A stretch of 64,000 nt of DNA, taken from positions 166,036,001 to 166,100,000 of the forward strand of contig CM126213.1 in assembly GCA_052327205.1 (NCBI GenBank), given 5' to 3'. Shown piece after piece: positions 47,917 to 60,513 of the stretch. This DNA is from Somniosus microcephalus. Taxonomy: Eukaryota. The notes beneath the pieces were generated by a model. It was given only the letters and a program-made list of their open reading frames with translations, ran no database searches and had not been told where the DNA came from. Within the stretch, counting starts at the first letter, position 1, and each line of letters begins with the position of its first letter. Position numbers and translations under genes: made by a program.

Positions 47917-50900
47917 AAGAGAGAGATGCTCGTGAATCACTTAATTGGACGACTATCTGTGGCTGCTTTTAAAGAGGTGTAAAATCCAGATATGCATAGT
48001 TAAGAAGCAAGGAGTTCATGGGGATGCAATGCAATGTAACAACATTTTGATGCTCCCTAACACTGCACTGCAGTGGAAGAGGAACGATTTACAGCCATAG
48101 TTGCCCATTTAGCAAGTTCCAATTTCTGCATTGCTCAGAGGTGGACAGGAAACTGTGAAATTCTTACCCACACTTAGCTAGACAGCTGGATGCCCAGGCT
48201 GCTGCCCTGGCCCTGCACCAAGAACGTCCGTGTGAACTGCTTCGAGAGCTGATTATGAACCATGTTAGCCTGGGTACTGTCCCCGGTTGCTGCATAGATT
48301 ATGCTGTAGCTCTACTAATCAACATGGCTTATAGAAAATTTGAACTATCGAGCATAGGACAATATAGATTACAAGATATCTTGAGAATACATCACCATTT
48401 TTTATCCGTTACCCAGTTAATTTTTTTTCCTTTACAGTAATAGAATCCTACACAGAGTATTTTCTGTACCTGGGTCTATGTGAAAAAGACGACTGGAAAG
48501 AGTCCATTTCAAGATACACAAGGATCTAGGATCCTTATGGAAACTCCAAAGGCTGTCTTGTGGTGCTAATTACACCCTACTTTGGTAGCAGACCAACACA
48601 GGAATCATGGGATACTTAAGCTAAGGGTCCAGTCCCTCCACCAAGTCTATTATACAGAGCGACTGCTTGTGTTTTAGGTCCCCTGGTACATGAGCTGTCA
48701 AACAAGACAAAGCAGAAGTTATAAAGCAGATTTACGCAGGTTAAAACATAAAATAAATTTATTTCCACTTAAATGTACAGAAGCAAATATATTAAGCAAG
48801 TCACAACATTCCATCTCAAATGCACTGAAAACTCATTTCAGGCTTTGTTAATGGGAAAACCCATTTTAAAAGGGTCAACATTTACCTGCAGTACGTGTTA
48901 TACCTTTCGGCAGCACTGTGCTTGGTAATGCTGATTAAATGCCTTTCACATACCATTACGTACAAAGGTCACCAATGGTACGGTGTTTTGGCACTCAGAG
49001 TTAATATCCCATCCCAGTGCGAACACACTGGGTCTGAGGTTATACCAAATCATGAGTTGTTTTTAAATTTCTTCTTTTAAGATAAATCTAATAAAAGAGT
49101 TGCATTTATATAGCGCCTTTCACGACCACCCGACGTCCCAAACCGCTTTACAGAAGTAGATTGTTTCTGAACCAGAACCATTGCCCTTAATCTGGGCCTG
49201 GGAGTGCCACAAATTATTCACCTCCTCCAAGCAGTTCTAGGAGTAACCTAATTCAACTACCTATCACCCTTCCCACTCTCCCCAAGGGATTGCCTGTCAG
49301 CCATCACCAAGTGTTCCCCTTTTGAGCTCCCCACTCACAAGCCATAGCTTCCGGCAGGTCCCATTTGCAACCTGCTCTTGATACTTCCTCCCCACCGGCT
49401 ACCACCTGCCTCATCCCAGTCCCATTTGCTTTTGGTGCTCATCCTGACCTCATTCAGTCTTCTTGTGTTCCGCTATCGCTCAGTGCTTCTCCCTCATGTG
49501 CCTCAGCCCATCTGGTCTACCAACTCCCCTGCCTCAGCCCCAGCTTATCCTGTCCTGTGCTGACTTCCAACCGGTTGTGCTGCCTCAGCCTACCCCAATT
49601 ACAGTGCCCAAGGCTGTCCCCACCCTCTTGTTCTTAGCTCCTTTCCAGAACTAACAAGGGAAAGTTAGTACTGGAAGCGGCAATTTATTTTTGAACATAC
49701 AAATGGATGACTCTCACTAGCCATTCTCCAACAATCACAATGTAATTTTCTTAGAATATAACAATATCTTGCCTTACAGTTTCACAGCAGAGGTGAGCTA
49801 AACCCTCCAAATCTGAACAGTGTCCAGAATCCAGTCAGAACCAAGGAAACACAAAAGCCCAGGTTTTTTTTTACTCCCCCTTAATTCCTCTGCAAAAAGA
49901 AAATTAATTGACACAGAAACCTTAGCATCCTACAGCAATAAAATGGGTAACCAGATTTTGCAGAGTCAGACCCACCATGTAGAGCATCTCAACAAATCAG
50001 CCAGTCACCTTAACAACTGACAACAGCTAGAAATCCCATTTTACGTCACAACAAAGATACTTACAAAAAATTTCAAACACATTAGATGGCTCATAATTGA
50101 AGGAACCACATACTGCTAACCAAGACAGCTGAACTAAATGTACTGCTCACAAATTAACATTAAAGTATTAAAATTAAGCTTTTTGCTCTAATTTTACACA
50201 GGTACCAAAAGCTAAATAACCTTCTTTGAAACAAGACTTTATTCCTTCTTCACAAAATGCTTCATCTTTCTGACACATCTTAAAATAAAATCCAAATTAG
50301 TGACGTGGCTCCCTTTCAAATTTGTCATTCAATCTTGAGTAACTGCTAGAAGCAATTTGACTAAAAGTTCACATACTGCCAACACATGCTAGTACTACAG
50401 TTGGTATTTTTCACAAGTCAAAATGACTGCTCACTGGTAACAACAGTTTTGGAGTAAACCCTGCAACTTTAACACACTCCATTCAAAGCATCGATTATAA
50501 TAGAGCTCTACCCTGAACAAAACAGCAAAATGCGTCACATCCTTCTTGAACAATTTAGTTCCTCTTTCTTATCCCTGTCTTCAGCAAATCTTTAATTATT
50601 TTTTATAGGAAGGACTTTCTTGCTAACTTAAATGCAATAGGCATGGGTAGCTTCACATGATTAATAAGTCAACCAGATTCACAAAAATACATACAAGCAA
50701 GATAGTTTCACTGACCCAAGGAACAAATGTTATTTTACTGGTAATGACTTAACCGATCATATTACTAGTCTGAGGTTGACAACATAACAAGTGTCTTGTG
50801 GTGGGGGCCAGAGAACGACAAAAGTGATACGGCCACTTACTTATATCTCCGCAACAGTGCCGAGCTCTGCCCCACCTCAATCCCCGCCTTCTCACCACTG

Positions 50901-52377
50901 CTGAAACCTTTACCCACACTGTTACCACCAGGCTCGATTGCTCCAGTGCCCCTTGCTTGCCATCACCCACTCTCCATAAACTACAAATATTTGAAGTGTT
51001 CTGGATTTTTCCTTCACTTATGTTCTTGACGGACACTTTTTTTCCTCCTGCCCCTACTTTGTAATTACACAATTTATCTACTAACACCAAGGCTTTAAAA
51101 AAAATAACACACATGGAAATAAGAATGATAAACTGGTTACATATTTGAATTCTTATTCTAGATATATTACTTGGGTTCAGTGTCACTGGCCACTCCTGTT
51201 GGCAGATTTCCCGTCCCCTGCAAACCAGTGAGTCGTTTATCTGCCCAATAGCTAGGTAAATGTAATGGGTCTCCGGGATTGAACAAAGAACCCTTGTCAC
51301 TGTTTACTGGAATTTATCACATACCACCAAGAAAATTATACAATCTATCAGACGAGCTTAGACTGCAAACTAAAATGTATTTAACATTAAACAGGTAAGT
51401 TAACAGTCAAAATAACAAGGTACTTCTACATTACCTTTCAACGTAACATTGGAATATAGGAACAGGAATAGCCCCTCGCCATTCAATGAGAACATGGCTG
51501 ATCTGCGACCTAACTCCATATACACGCCTTTGGCCCATATCCCTTAATATCGTTGGATAACAAAAATCTATCAATCTCAGATTTGAAATTAACAATTGAT
51601 CTAGCATCAATTGCCGTTTGCAGAACAGTTTTCCAAACTTCCACCACCCTTTGTGAAGTGGTGTTTTTTTAAAGGGCCTCTAGGTAATTTTTCCTGCTTT
51701 TTATGATTTTTGACTGCTGTGGCTGAGAAACCCAACAATTTTGCTTAGGGCTCCCAACTTGATTAACATCAGATGAGAATCTGAGCTGAATGGGAATCAA
51801 ATCTGCATCCATCCAAACTCTGTTACTGGTAGCACACAAACAGTACATTTACCTTGAACTTTTAATAAATACCATTGATGGAGGCTGGTTCCTTTAATGA
51901 TATTAATGTCTTCATTGAAGTAGTGCCACATGATATAGGACACCACACAGTACTGTGGTGTATCCTGAATAACCTGCAAGATCCTGATACATTATCCTCA
52001 ATAGTAAATTGCACAGAACTTCAATCATCTGCATATTATAACTTGGTTATGCTGCTAAAAGCAAACTTTGAGGATAAAAGTAACTCTTCATTGAAGAATC
52101 TTGCTTAATATTCAATGGCTCCGATTTCCTTGTTAATGTTATTCAACTTTCACCATCAAAAACAGATTAACTGGTTACCTCTGTGGGAACTTACTGTGAA
52201 TAAACTGACTGCCATATTTGCCGCCATAACAGAATCAGCATTTTAAATCAATTAATTATATGTGAAGCACTTTCAGGTGTTTGAGAGATATGATAAGGTG
52301 TTCTATAAATTCATCTCTCTGTTCTGGCTTCATACTCTAAGGATATGGCTGGAAGATCAAGAAAGTTCACTGCCGAA

Positions 52378-52400
52378 TGTGTGTCAGCTGTGGCTCAGTT

Positions 52401-52431
<31 letters not shown>

Positions 52432-52817
52432 GTGGGTTCAAGTTCCAGGCCAGATATTTGAGCACAAAAATCTAGGCTGACACTCCAGTGCAGTACTGTG
52501 GTGCCGTCTTTCACATGTGACGTTAAACAGAGGACCCATCTGCTCTCAGGTGGACGTAAAAGATCCCACGGCACTATTTTGAAGAGGAGCAGGGGAGTTA
52601 TCCCCGGTGTTCTGGCCAATATTTATCCCTCAATCAACATCACTATAAACAGATTATCTGGTCATTATGTTTGTAGGAGCTTGCGGTGCGCAAATTGGCT
52701 ACCATGCTTCCTACATTACAACAGTGACTACATTTCAAAAAGTACTTCATTTGCTGTAAAGTGCTTTGGGACGTCCAGTGGTTGTGAAAGGCTATATATA
52801 AATGCAAGTCTTTTTTT
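52378..52817 (+). mobile_element. SacSINE1-type DeuSINE, full length
   Basis: A box TGGCTCAGTTGG, B box GGTTCAAGTTCC, Deu domain GGTGGACGTAAAAGATCCCA.GGCACTA, L2-like tail GGCTATATATAAATGCAAGTC. Confidence 0.9.
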
Positions 52818-53196
52818 CTTTGTGTGTAGAAGTGTTTCCTAATTTCATTCCTGAAAGGTCTGGCTCTAATTTTTAGACTATGCCCCCTTGTCCTGGAATC
52901 CCCAACCAGCCAAAATAGTTTCTCTCTACCATATCTGTTCCCTTTAATGTCATGAAAACTTCAATCAAATCACCCTTTAACCTTCTAAATTCTAGGGAAT
53001 ACAACCCTAGTTTGTGTAATCTCACCCTTGGAGTCCGGGTATCATTCGGGTAAACCTACACTGCACTCCCTCCAAGGCCAATATATCCTTCCTAAGGTGT
53101 GGTGTCCAGAACTGCTGACAGTACGCCAGGTGTGCTCTAACCAGGGCTTTGTATAGCTGCAGCACAACTTCTACCCCCTTGTATTCTAGTCCTCTA

Positions 53197-54007
53197 TCAA
53201 ATCAAATCAAATCAACTTTTGTCATTGTTAGTGCACAAGTGCAGTACAACGAAATGTAGGCCTGCGGCTTCCGAGAGTGTACATTTGGATTAAGACATTT
53301 AAACATTCAACATACATTTGGCTTGTAGTATATTAACATAAATATAACCATAATAAAGTGCATTGGCAGATATGCAGGCTTTAGAGTTTATTTGTGGAGT
53401 TCAGTAGGATGACAGCCCTGGGAAAGAAGCTGTTCCTAAATCTGGTCGTACGGGTGCGAATGCATCTGTAGCGTCTCCCAGATGGCAGGAGGGCGAACAG
53501 ACTGTGGCTGGGGTGGGTAGGGTCTTTGATGATGGACCGTGACCTCCGTAGACAGCGTTTCTGGTATATGTGCTCTATGGTCGGTAGCCGGGTGCCGGTA
53601 ATGCGTTGGGCAGTTTTGACTACCCGCTGCAGGGCTTTCCGGTCATAGTAGCTACAGCTGCCATACCATACTGTGATACAGTTTGTCACGATGCTCTCTA
53701 TTGTGCAGCGGTAAAAGTTAGAGAGGATCAGGGGTGACAGATTACATCCCTTCAGCCTCCTTAGGAAATATAGGCGCTGCTGGGCCTTCTTCACCAGAGA
53801 GGTGGTGTTGAGGGACCAGGAGAGGGCTTCCGTGATGTGGACTCCGAGGAACTTAAAGCTGTCCACCCTTTCCACCACAGCCCCATTGATGTGGATGGGG
53901 GTGTGACTTCCGCCTTTGGACTTCCTGAAGTCCACAATGATTTCTTTTGTTTTCTTGGTGTTAAGGGCCAGGTTGTTATCGGCGCACCACTTCACGAGAT
54001 GCTGGTG
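53197..54007 (-). mobile_element. Rex1/Babar LINE 3' fragment
   Basis: WCADNNLALNTKKTKEIIVDFRK...LPSGRRYR...FFPRAV; tail (ATTTG)n. Confidence 0.92.
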
Positions 54008-54161
54008 AAGGCCAGCATTATCTAAATATAAAGGCCAGCATTTCATTAGCCTTTTTGATTATTTTCTGTACCTGTCCATGACATTTTAATGATCTATGTA
54101 CCTGGACCCCCAAGTCTCTTTGGACCTCCACTGTTTTTAGCTTTTCACCATTTAGAAAATG

Positions 54162-54479
54162 CAGGAAACTCTCGATTTACCGGCACCCAAACAACCGGCA
54201 AAATTCAAGAGTAGGTTCAGTTAAGTTTTTCTTCATATTAGTGGCCGTTTCTTGATTCTTGGCTGTGTAATCAGGGTTCCTGCACTTGTTGCTAAGCAAC
54301 AGGGACGCTTGGTCTGTGGCCGGGCTTCTTGCACCTGTTGCTAAGCAACAGGGAAGCCTGGATTTGTTGCTGTGTACGGAGCTCTCGTACCTTTTAACTA
54401 TAACTCTCTGTAATCCGGACTTTTTGATAAACCGGCACCACGCCGGTCCAGTCAGTGCCGGATAAAAAAAAGTTTCCTG
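54162..54479. mobile_element. Tc1/mariner-type MITE, copy 3 (diverged subfamily)
   Basis: TIRs CAGGAAACT/AGTTTCCTG; flanks TG and TA. Confidence 0.8.
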
Positions 54480-54767
54480 TACCGTTTTATTATTTTTAAG
54501 CCCAAAGTGGATGACCTCACATTTGCCACATTTTTGCCTATTCATTTAATCTACCAATATCCCTTTGTAATTTTGTCCTTTCATCTACACTGCCTACCAT
54601 GCCGCCTATCTGTGTCATCGGCAAATTTGGATATGTGGCTTTCTATGCCATCATCTAGGTCGTTAATAAATACAGTGAATAGTTGAGGCCACAAACACAG
54701 ATCCCTGCGGGACACCACTAGTCACACCTGCCAATTAGAGTACCTACCCATTATTCCTACTCTTCAT

Positions 54768-55158
54768 AATAATAATAATTCAACTTTGCACAAGTACACG
54801 AACAACGAAATGTGATCTTGCAAGCTCCCATGAGTCTAGTACAAATAACATTAACATTAAACGTAAATAGCACCGTCCTGGGAGAAGCAAAGCCGCTGCG
54901 TCGGTGCGCGCCGCCATTCCATTTCCACCATTCCTCCTGTCCGACAATCTTCAGCCCAACGCCCGGGCCTGCTCACCAGCCGCCCCTCCCGGGACTCCTT
55001 CCGTGACCTTCTCACCAACCGCCCCTCCTCGGGGCTCCTTCCGTGACCTTCTGCATCTGGTCTTCCCTGGTGGTCACCCCTCCAGGTACTAACCAGGCCT
55101 GGCTCTGCTTAGCTTCCAAGCCTTGCCAGTGACCCTGTCCCTAGTCTCAGGAACAGGG
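54768..55158 (-). mobile_element. 5S rRNA-derived SINE (SINE3-type) with Rex1-like tail
   Basis: 5S internal control region at 55047-55120 (AAGCTAAGCAG..CCTGGTTAGTAC.TGGA.GGG.GACC); tail homologous to the Rex1 3' end; (TTA)n terminus; TSD CTTCAT. Confidence 0.78.
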
Positions 55159-55420
55159 CTTCATCTCCTGGCGCTCAGCTAATTTCCTAACCAGGTCAAT
55201 AATTTGCCTTCAATTCCATGGGCTTCAACCTTAGTCAACAGTCTCTTATGAGGAACTTAATCAAATGCCTTCTGGAAGTCCATCCAAGTAACATCTATAG
55301 ACTTTCCCCTAATCACCTCTTCAAAAAATTCAATCAGATTTGTCAAGCATGACCTACCTTTCACAAATCCATTGATCCTTGAAACACAGTAACATACTTC
55401 TTTAGTGATGAAATACTAGA

Positions 55421-55728
55421 AAGAACTTGCATTTATGCAACACATTTCACGACCTCAGGGCGTCCCAAAGTGCTTTGCAGCCAATGAAGTACTTTTGAAG
55501 TGTAGTCACTGTTGCGATGTAGGAAACATAGCAAAAATTTGCACAAGTGAGCTGAATGACCAGATAGCATGTTTTCTGTATGTTGATTGAGGGTTAAATA
55601 TTGGCCTGGACACCAGGGAGAACTCCCCTGCTCCTCTACAAAACAATGCCATGGGATCTTTCACGTCCACCCGAGAGCAGACGTTTAACATCTCATGCAA
55701 AAGACGGCACCTCCGGCAGTGCAGCACT
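55421..55728 (-). mobile_element. SacSINE1-type DeuSINE fragment
   Basis: Reverse complement of the Deu domain and tail seen at 52378-52817. Confidence 0.85.
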
Positions 55729-55769
55729 GAACTCACAATCTACAACTGACAAATACTACCAAACAACAG

Positions 55770-55970
55770 TAACAATTTGTATTTAAAGCACCGTTAAGAT
55801 AATAAAACGTTCCAAGGCGCTTCACAGGAGCCTATACAGACAAATATTGCCACTGAGCCAAAGGAGGAGACATTAGGGCAGGTGACCAAAAGCTTGGTCC
55901 AAGAGGAAGGTTTTAAGGAGCATCTTAAAGGAGAAAGGGGGAGAGGGTTAGAGGGAATTCCAGAGCTTAA
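55770..55970 (-). mobile_element. L2 3' end fragment
   Basis: Homologous to 43502-43700. Confidence 0.75.
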
Positions 55971-56216
55971 AACCAGATCTAGCTCAGTCTCTGCTAGCTT
56001 AAACTATCTGACTGACTACCTGCTGACAGTCAGCCATAATATACATCATGCTCAATCCTTAGCAGATATATTGGAACAGAGCCCAATAAATCACTCATAA
56101 CTATATTAGACTGAGTGACATTCAGCAGATTTAAATACAGGCAATGTTTGTGGACCAGGCCTGAACCTACTGTGTCAGCAGATTTGAATTGTATAGATTG
56201 GCCATTTAAACACATT

Positions 56217-56385
56217 GGTAGTCATTTTCAGTTTGGGCTCGGGTGGAAATTAGTAATTGTGGATCGGCCGCCTGTTATGCACCCCACCCAATTTATTTGT
56301 AAAGGAAAGCTGGGCATGATGTACACCAGGCAGCCGATATACAACCATCAATTTACCACCTGTGCCTGAACTGAAAATAGCCCCC
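56217..56385. mobile_element. Short palindromic MITE
   Basis: Long imperfect inverted arms ATTTTCAGTT..GG..C.GGTGG.AAT / ATT.ACCACC.G.GCC..AACTGAAAAT. Confidence 0.65.
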
Positions 56386-56788
56386 AATATTATAATGAAG
56401 CCACTAGTTTGATGGGACCCCATCCAATTATTGACATCCGCCAGCCTGACTGTAGCTGTCAAATAGACCGAACTGAAATAGAATGACAAAGACAACAATG
56501 TGGCAGAACCACTGAATGACTCTGGCTAACTGTATATAATTCTCTTTAACGATGTTCTAACACCAGCCGAAACCTGTACCATTGTGTCAGGCATTACAGC
56601 CTTTTGTATATAGAGTTTGCATGTACGGGGCGTGGGCCCTTTAAGAGCGCGGGAAAACACGGGCAAACGCGATGACGTCACGTCGCAAACCACGGGACTG
56701 CCCAGGCAGTCCTCGTGGCATCTCCGTTGAATAAAGACCTGTTTGATTGTTCTCGTGTCGATCTCCGTTCACAAAAGAAGAGCACAGC

Positions 56789-57705
56789 ATGGAAGAGAAC
56801 GCCGTTTCCCTAAAGCTACCGCAGTTCTGGGAGCAGCAAGCGCCCTCGTGGTTTATTCAGGTCGAGGCCCAGTTCGCCCTGAGGAACATCGATGCGGATC
56901 AGACCAAGTACCTTTATGTGGTCTCCGCACTCGACAGCTCGACCGCCTCTCGGATCGTCAGCCTCCTCGAAAACCCCCCAACGGAGCGCAAGTATGAAAC
57001 CCTCAAAGCGCGGTTACTGCAAGTTTTCGGGCTCACGAAATCGGAGCGCGCCCGTCGATTACTCGCTATGCCCAGGCTTGGGGACTTCAAGCCTTCAGAG
57101 TTGATGAGCCAAATGCTCACACTCCTGGGCTCAGAACAGGAATGTTTCCTATTCCGCGAGATTTTCCTCAGCCAAATGCCTGAACAGGTACAAGCTGCCG
57201 TGGCCAGGTCTGAAGTTGAAGACTGCGCAACACTCGCTGCGGAGGCGGACAAAATTTTCGCTGTAACTCGGCAGTACTGCGCCGCCACGAGGCACCCATC
57301 CCCCCCAGATGCCGCCCAAGCTCGTCAGCCTGCTGGACTGTGTTTCTACCACGCGCAGTTCGGCGCGAAGGCGAAGCGTTGCCGCCCTCCCTGCAGTTTT
57401 CCCCCCAAAAAACTGACACTGCGACCACCGAGGAACGGGTCTAACGGGCACCCCGCGGCCGCGATGGCCATCAGCAGCACGGGAAAATTGCTGTTCATCA
57501 CCGATACTCTCTCTGGTCGTCGTTTTCTGTGCGACACCGGAGCGCAGTGCAGCATTTTACCCGCATCCGCCCTCGATGTGCAGATGGGGAATCACGGCCC
57601 CACCCTTGAAGCGGCCAATGGCAGAGCAATTCGGACCTTCGGCAGACGTCGAGTGGAGGTGTGCCTCGGGGGGCAACGTTTTCACTGGGATTGTGTTACG
57701 GCCAA
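56789..57705 (+). pseudogene. gag: Gag (CHCC knuckle) plus aspartic protease
   Basis: LKLPQFW...WFIQVEAQF; CFYHAQFGAKAKRCRPPC (CX2HX9CX3C); protease FLCDTGAQCSILP. Confidence 0.88.
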
Positions 57706-60513
57706 ATTTCCCAGCTCCTCCTCGGTGCGGATTTCCTGTGTGCCAACAGCCTCCTGGTCGACATCAGGCACCGGCGGCTGATCAACGCAGCAACTTTTAA
57801 TTCTCTTTCGTGTTACCGCAGTAACACTACATCACGCACCGTCTCCTGTGCGTTCCCAACTCCTGATGAGTTCGCTCACCTGCTCGGCGAATTCCCCGAC
57901 CTGACAAGACCCACGTTCTCCTCCAAAGCCACGAAACATGGCGTGGAACACCACATCACCACCAACGGCCCCGGCGCCTGGAACCTGGCGGTCGCAAAGG
58001 CGGAGTTCACAACCATGGAACGGTTAGGGATTATTCGCCAGTCGAATAGTCCCTGGTCTTCACCCCTCCATATCGTCCCGAAGCCTGGTGGCGGATGGCG
58101 GCCATGCGGCGACTATCGACACCTAAACGACGCCACCACTCCCGATCGGTACCCGATCCCCCATATCCAGGATCCTCTGCCCACGTGGCATGGAACACCG
58201 TGTTCTCTAAAGTCGACCTCATCCGGGGCTACCACCAGGTCCCAGTTCATCCACAAGACGTCCAGAAGGCCGCAGTCATCACCCCATTCGGCCTCTTCGA
58301 GTTTTTACGAATGCCGTTTGGGTTAAAGAGCGCCGCCCAGGCTTTCCAACGCCTGATGGACTCCGTGCTGCGGGACCTCAAGTTCCTCTTCGTCTACCTG
58401 GATGACATTCTAATTGCCAGTCCTACTAAGGAAGAACATACCTGTCACCTACGCACCCTTTTTCGACGCCTCAGCCAACACGGCCTGATTATCAACCCGG
58501 CCAAGTGTCAGTTTGGCCTGCACCAAATTGACTTCCTGGGGCATCGCATCACCTCAGAGGGAGCGGTTCTTTACCTTCGAAGGTAGAGGCGGCGACATCC
58601 TTTCCACGCCCCCAGAACATGAAGGCCCTGCAGGAATTACTAGGCATGGTAAACTTTTACCACCGTTTCGTGCCGAAGGCTGCACTACTCATGCAGCCCC
58701 TGTACGAGGCCCTCAAGGGCAAGACTGGCAAGAACCCGGTAGACTGGACGGATGACATGGCCCGAGTGTTCGCCGACACAAAAAGCGCCTTAGCCAATGC
58801 GACTATGCTGGCGCACCCGCTGCCAGGAGCCACCATCGCCCTCACCACCAACGTGTCGGACTACACAGTCGGTGCCGTGCAACAGCTGTGGGTGAACGGG
58901 ACGTGGCAGCCGTTGGCATTCTTCAGCCGTCAACTACGGCAGAACGAGAGCATACAGCACGTTCGACCGGGAGTTGCTTGCCCTTTTTCTGGCCATCCAC
59001 CATTTTCAGTTCCTTCTGAAAGGACGTCGTTTCACCGCCTTTGTGGACCATAAGCCGCTGACCCTTGCAATGTCCAAGACCGCCGAACCGTGGTCAGCCC
59101 AACAGCAGCGTCAACTGACCTACATATCCGAATTCACCACGGATATACGGCATATGGCCGGTAAGGACAACCTGGTGGCAGACTGCCTCTCCCGCGCGTT
59201 CGTCAATACGGTTCATTTGGGCATCGACTACGCCCTCATGGCAGCGGACCAAGCCTCAGACCCGGAAGTCCAAGCTTACAGAACGGCCATCACTGGCCTC
59301 CAGTTGGCCGACGTCAAGTTCCATTCGGCAGGTACCACGCTGTTGTGTGACGTCTCCGTACAGGATCCTTGCCCTGTCGTGCCGGTCGTCTGGCGCCGCA
59401 AAGTGTTCGACGCCATACATGGGTTGTCACACCCTGGAATGAAGGCCTCTCAGAAACTGATGTCAGCGAAATTTGTATGGCATGCATAAAGATGTCCGCG
59501 ACTGGGCCAACACCTGCGTGGTCTGCCAAAAGGCCAAGGTACAGCGCCACATCAAAGCTCCGTTGGCCACCTTCACAGTTCCGGAGCGACGTTTTGACCA
59601 TGTCAACGTGGACCTGGTAGGACCACTCCCACCCTCCCATGGTTTTTCACACATCCTGACCATGGTTGACCGCACCACCAGATGGCCAGAGGCGGTCCCC
59701 CTGTCATCCACTACTTCGGCGGACGTGGCCAGGGCGTTCATTTCCTCCTGGATCGCCCGTTTCGGAGTGCCCGCAGATATTTCGTCGGACAGGGGACCGC
59801 AGTTTTCCTCCGAACTCTGGAATGCAGTGGCCCAAGGACTCGGTGTCAAATTACACCGCACCACAGCCTACCACCCACAGGCAAATGGCCTCTGCGAACG
59901 CTTCCACCACTCAATGAAAGCTGCCCTGAGGGCCAGCCTCCAGGACGCTGGATGGGCAGACAAGCTAACGTGGGTCCTGTTGGGCCTTCGCACAGCCCCC
60001 AAAGACGACCTTCACTCTTCATCAGCGGAACTCGTGTATGGTCAGCCGCTGCGAGTCCCAGGGGACTTCCTACCAACATCGACGGAGCCCTGGTCCGTGT
60101 CTGCCCAGCTTGCTAGTCACCAAGAGGCGGCCAGATGTTTCGCACCGGTGCCCACTTCGCACCACGGGCTGCAGAGGTCACACGTTCCCACGGAGCTTCA
60201 CAAGGCTGAATATGTTTTTTTTCGCCATGACGCACATAGGGATCCGCTCAAGGCCCCATATACCGGTCCCTTCCGCGTGTTGGAAGCAGGGGACAAAACC
60301 TTCACGGTAGATGTCAGTGGTAAACCGGACCACATTTCGGTCGACCGCTTAAAGCCAGCACATTTGGACCTCGATCGCCCCGTCGAGACAGCACAACCGC
60401 CGAGACGGGGTCGGCCACCCATCGTCGTTACGGCAGACCAAATGCGACCGCCCGCCGCCCTGCAGCCTCCGCCTCGAGAGTACAGGAGTCGTTCTGACAG
60501 GCTCGTCGCTTGA
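57706..60513 (+). pseudogene. pol: Pol (RT, RNase H, integrase), multiply frameshifted
   Basis: [65 protein letters not shown]. Confidence 0.92.

Larger units (their letters stand above)
51445..55375 (-). mobile_element. CR1 LINE hosting four nested insertions
   Basis: CR1 sequence is continuous across insertions at 51656-52817, 53197-54007, 54162-54479 and 54768-55158. Confidence 0.85.

Noticed and set aside
46538-47982. ORFs of 430-465 aa
   Set aside because: Artefacts of a minisatellite plus the N gap.
48160-48440. Protein-like open frame LARQLDAQAAALALHQERPCELLRELIMNHV and a minus-strand donor at ~48167
   Set aside because: No recognisable homology and no matching acceptor/donor pair.
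55047-55120. Functional 5S rRNA gene
   Set aside because: Partial and diverged, lacks the 5' third and a T-run terminator, and sits in a TSD-bounded retroposon.
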